A stretch of DNA of 63,900 nucleotides, the filler included, from Lama guanicoe (Eukaryota), in NCBI GenBank assembly GCA_013239625.1. It is 77 parts of 76 records of this genome, joined end to end, with 100 filler letters (N's around TTAATTAATTAA, not from the genome) between each part and the next. Parts side by side here need not be neighbours in the genome. Positions count along the whole stretch, not along the records: positions 63,082 to 63,682 come from PNXV01007471.1; positions 63,783 to 63,900 come from MU054453.1; 75 more parts are not named here. The stretch is one strand, 5' to 3'. The notes below the pieces were generated by a model. It was not told where the DNA came from. It searched no databases and worked only from the letters and a program-made list of their open reading frames with translations. The translations under genes were made by a program, and so were the position numbers. Of the stretch, positions 63,082 through 63,900 are shown in pieces; the first letter of the stretch is position 1; every line of letters begins with the position of its first letter.

Positions 63082-63682
63082 TGAAGCATTCCTCTCAGCA
63101 TTATCTCCCAAAAGTAGATGTTACATTTTGATTGGCACAGAAATGGTACGGCACAAAGGACACCAAGGTCGGTCTGCAGGATCATTCCAGCAGGCACTGA
63201 TATATGACATCCATACATATGTTTCCACTGGTGTTTCTGTAGACAGACAAGCTCTGGGAAGAACTAGTTTCATTGGGATATTCCCATGGAACTAGAGAGC
63301 ACAAGCACACTCTCAGTTTGCTGTTTTGGTAACACTCCAAAATGAAATAGAGCCGAATGCAGAGCTGAGAACCTTTAGAAGCTACACAAGAGGAAGTGTC
63401 CTGTGCACTTTCAGAATTGAGAGATCAGCATAATAAATGTGTGGTTATGCTAATCGAAATAGTATGGGGTGTTAATCACAAACAAAGGAAACAACAGCAA
63501 TTGGAAATATGCCAGACAACACACACAGGAACAGGACATGGCATCAATGTCTAGGAGAAATTGACCTCACAGAAATACCGTGGAATTGTGTAGAGCCAAG
63601 AGTCAAAAATTTTCACTTAACAAAACTTAGAATTCTGCATTAGATACCTGATATTACATGACCAGTAGAGATGAAGAAGTAC
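63082..63682 (-). repeat. Unclassified multi-copy sequence (family F)
   Basis: Reverse-complement match to 52725-53149 over ~420 bp. Confidence 0.88.
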
Positions 63683-63782
63683 NNNNNNNNNNNNNNNNNN
63701 NNNNNNNNNNNNNNNNNNNNNNNNNNTTAATTAATTAANNNNNNNNNNNNNNNNNNNNNNNNNNNNNNNNNNNNNNNNNNNN

Positions 63783-63900
63783 GCGGTTTGGGCCAGTGGT
63801 CGCGGGGGCCTGGCATGGGGCGCATTTGGGCCAGTGACAACGGGATCCTGGCTCGGGCGCGTTTTGGGCCAGTGGTCGCGGGGGCCTGGCCTGGGGCGCG
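63783..63900 (+). repeat. 38-bp CpG-rich minisatellite (truncated by window end)
   Basis: TTTGGGCCAGTG at 63787, 63825, 63863. Confidence 0.85.

Larger units (their letters stand above)
902..63782. other. 76 artificial 100-bp assembly linkers (N44-TTAATTAATTAA-N44) concatenating 77 unrelated unplaced fragments; first 902-1001, last 63683-63782
   Basis: Every occurrence has an identical 12-mer flanked by 44 N on each side, and each fragment starts 101 bp after the previous one ends. TTAATTAATTAA is self-complementary and gives TAA stops in all six frames. Flanking sequences are unrelated. Confidence 0.99.

Noticed and set aside
946..63738. Regularly recurring palindromic TTAATTAATTAA separated by unique 'spacers', superficially like a CRISPR or cassette array
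   Set aside because: It is always embedded in exactly 44+44 N. It is a synthetic six-frame-stop assembly linker, not genomic sequence.

Overview
This window is not a contiguous locus. It is an artificial 'unplaced' pseudo-scaffold of 77 short mammalian fragments (about 0.1-1.8 kb, many with internal N gaps). Each pair is joined by the same 100-bp linker, N44-TTAATTAATTAA-N44, which has stop codons in all six frames, so adjacency across a linker carries no biological meaning. A tRNA-derived SINE with the layout of the camelid vic-1 family points to a camelid (alpaca/llama/vicuna/camel). The content is mostly heterochromatic repeats; the Sat and family labels below are mine. These are a CpG-rich 267-bp satellite (SatA, 7 fragments), a ~248-bp satellite (SatB, 4), a 7-bp-based (GAATATA)n complex satellite (SatC, 13), a 16-bp satellite (SatD), a diverged ~265-bp SatA relative (SatE, 3) and a 38-bp GC-rich minisatellite. 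There are also many LINE-1 fragments, a few ancient elements (L2, MIR, MER5A, MLT1, LTR16, ERV1 LTR), three pairs of unexplained paralogous fragments, an olfactory receptor pseudogene 5' end, a CpG-island promoter edge and a few exon-like pieces. No intact protein-coding gene is present, and nearly all ORFs in the supplied track are artefacts of N runs or satellites. I see no well-supported new gene system. The best leads are the satellite architecture (SatA/SatE homology, higher-order repeats in SatE and SatC), the unexplained multi-copy families, and a ~100-nt cluster of back-to-back hairpins at 62.3 kb.
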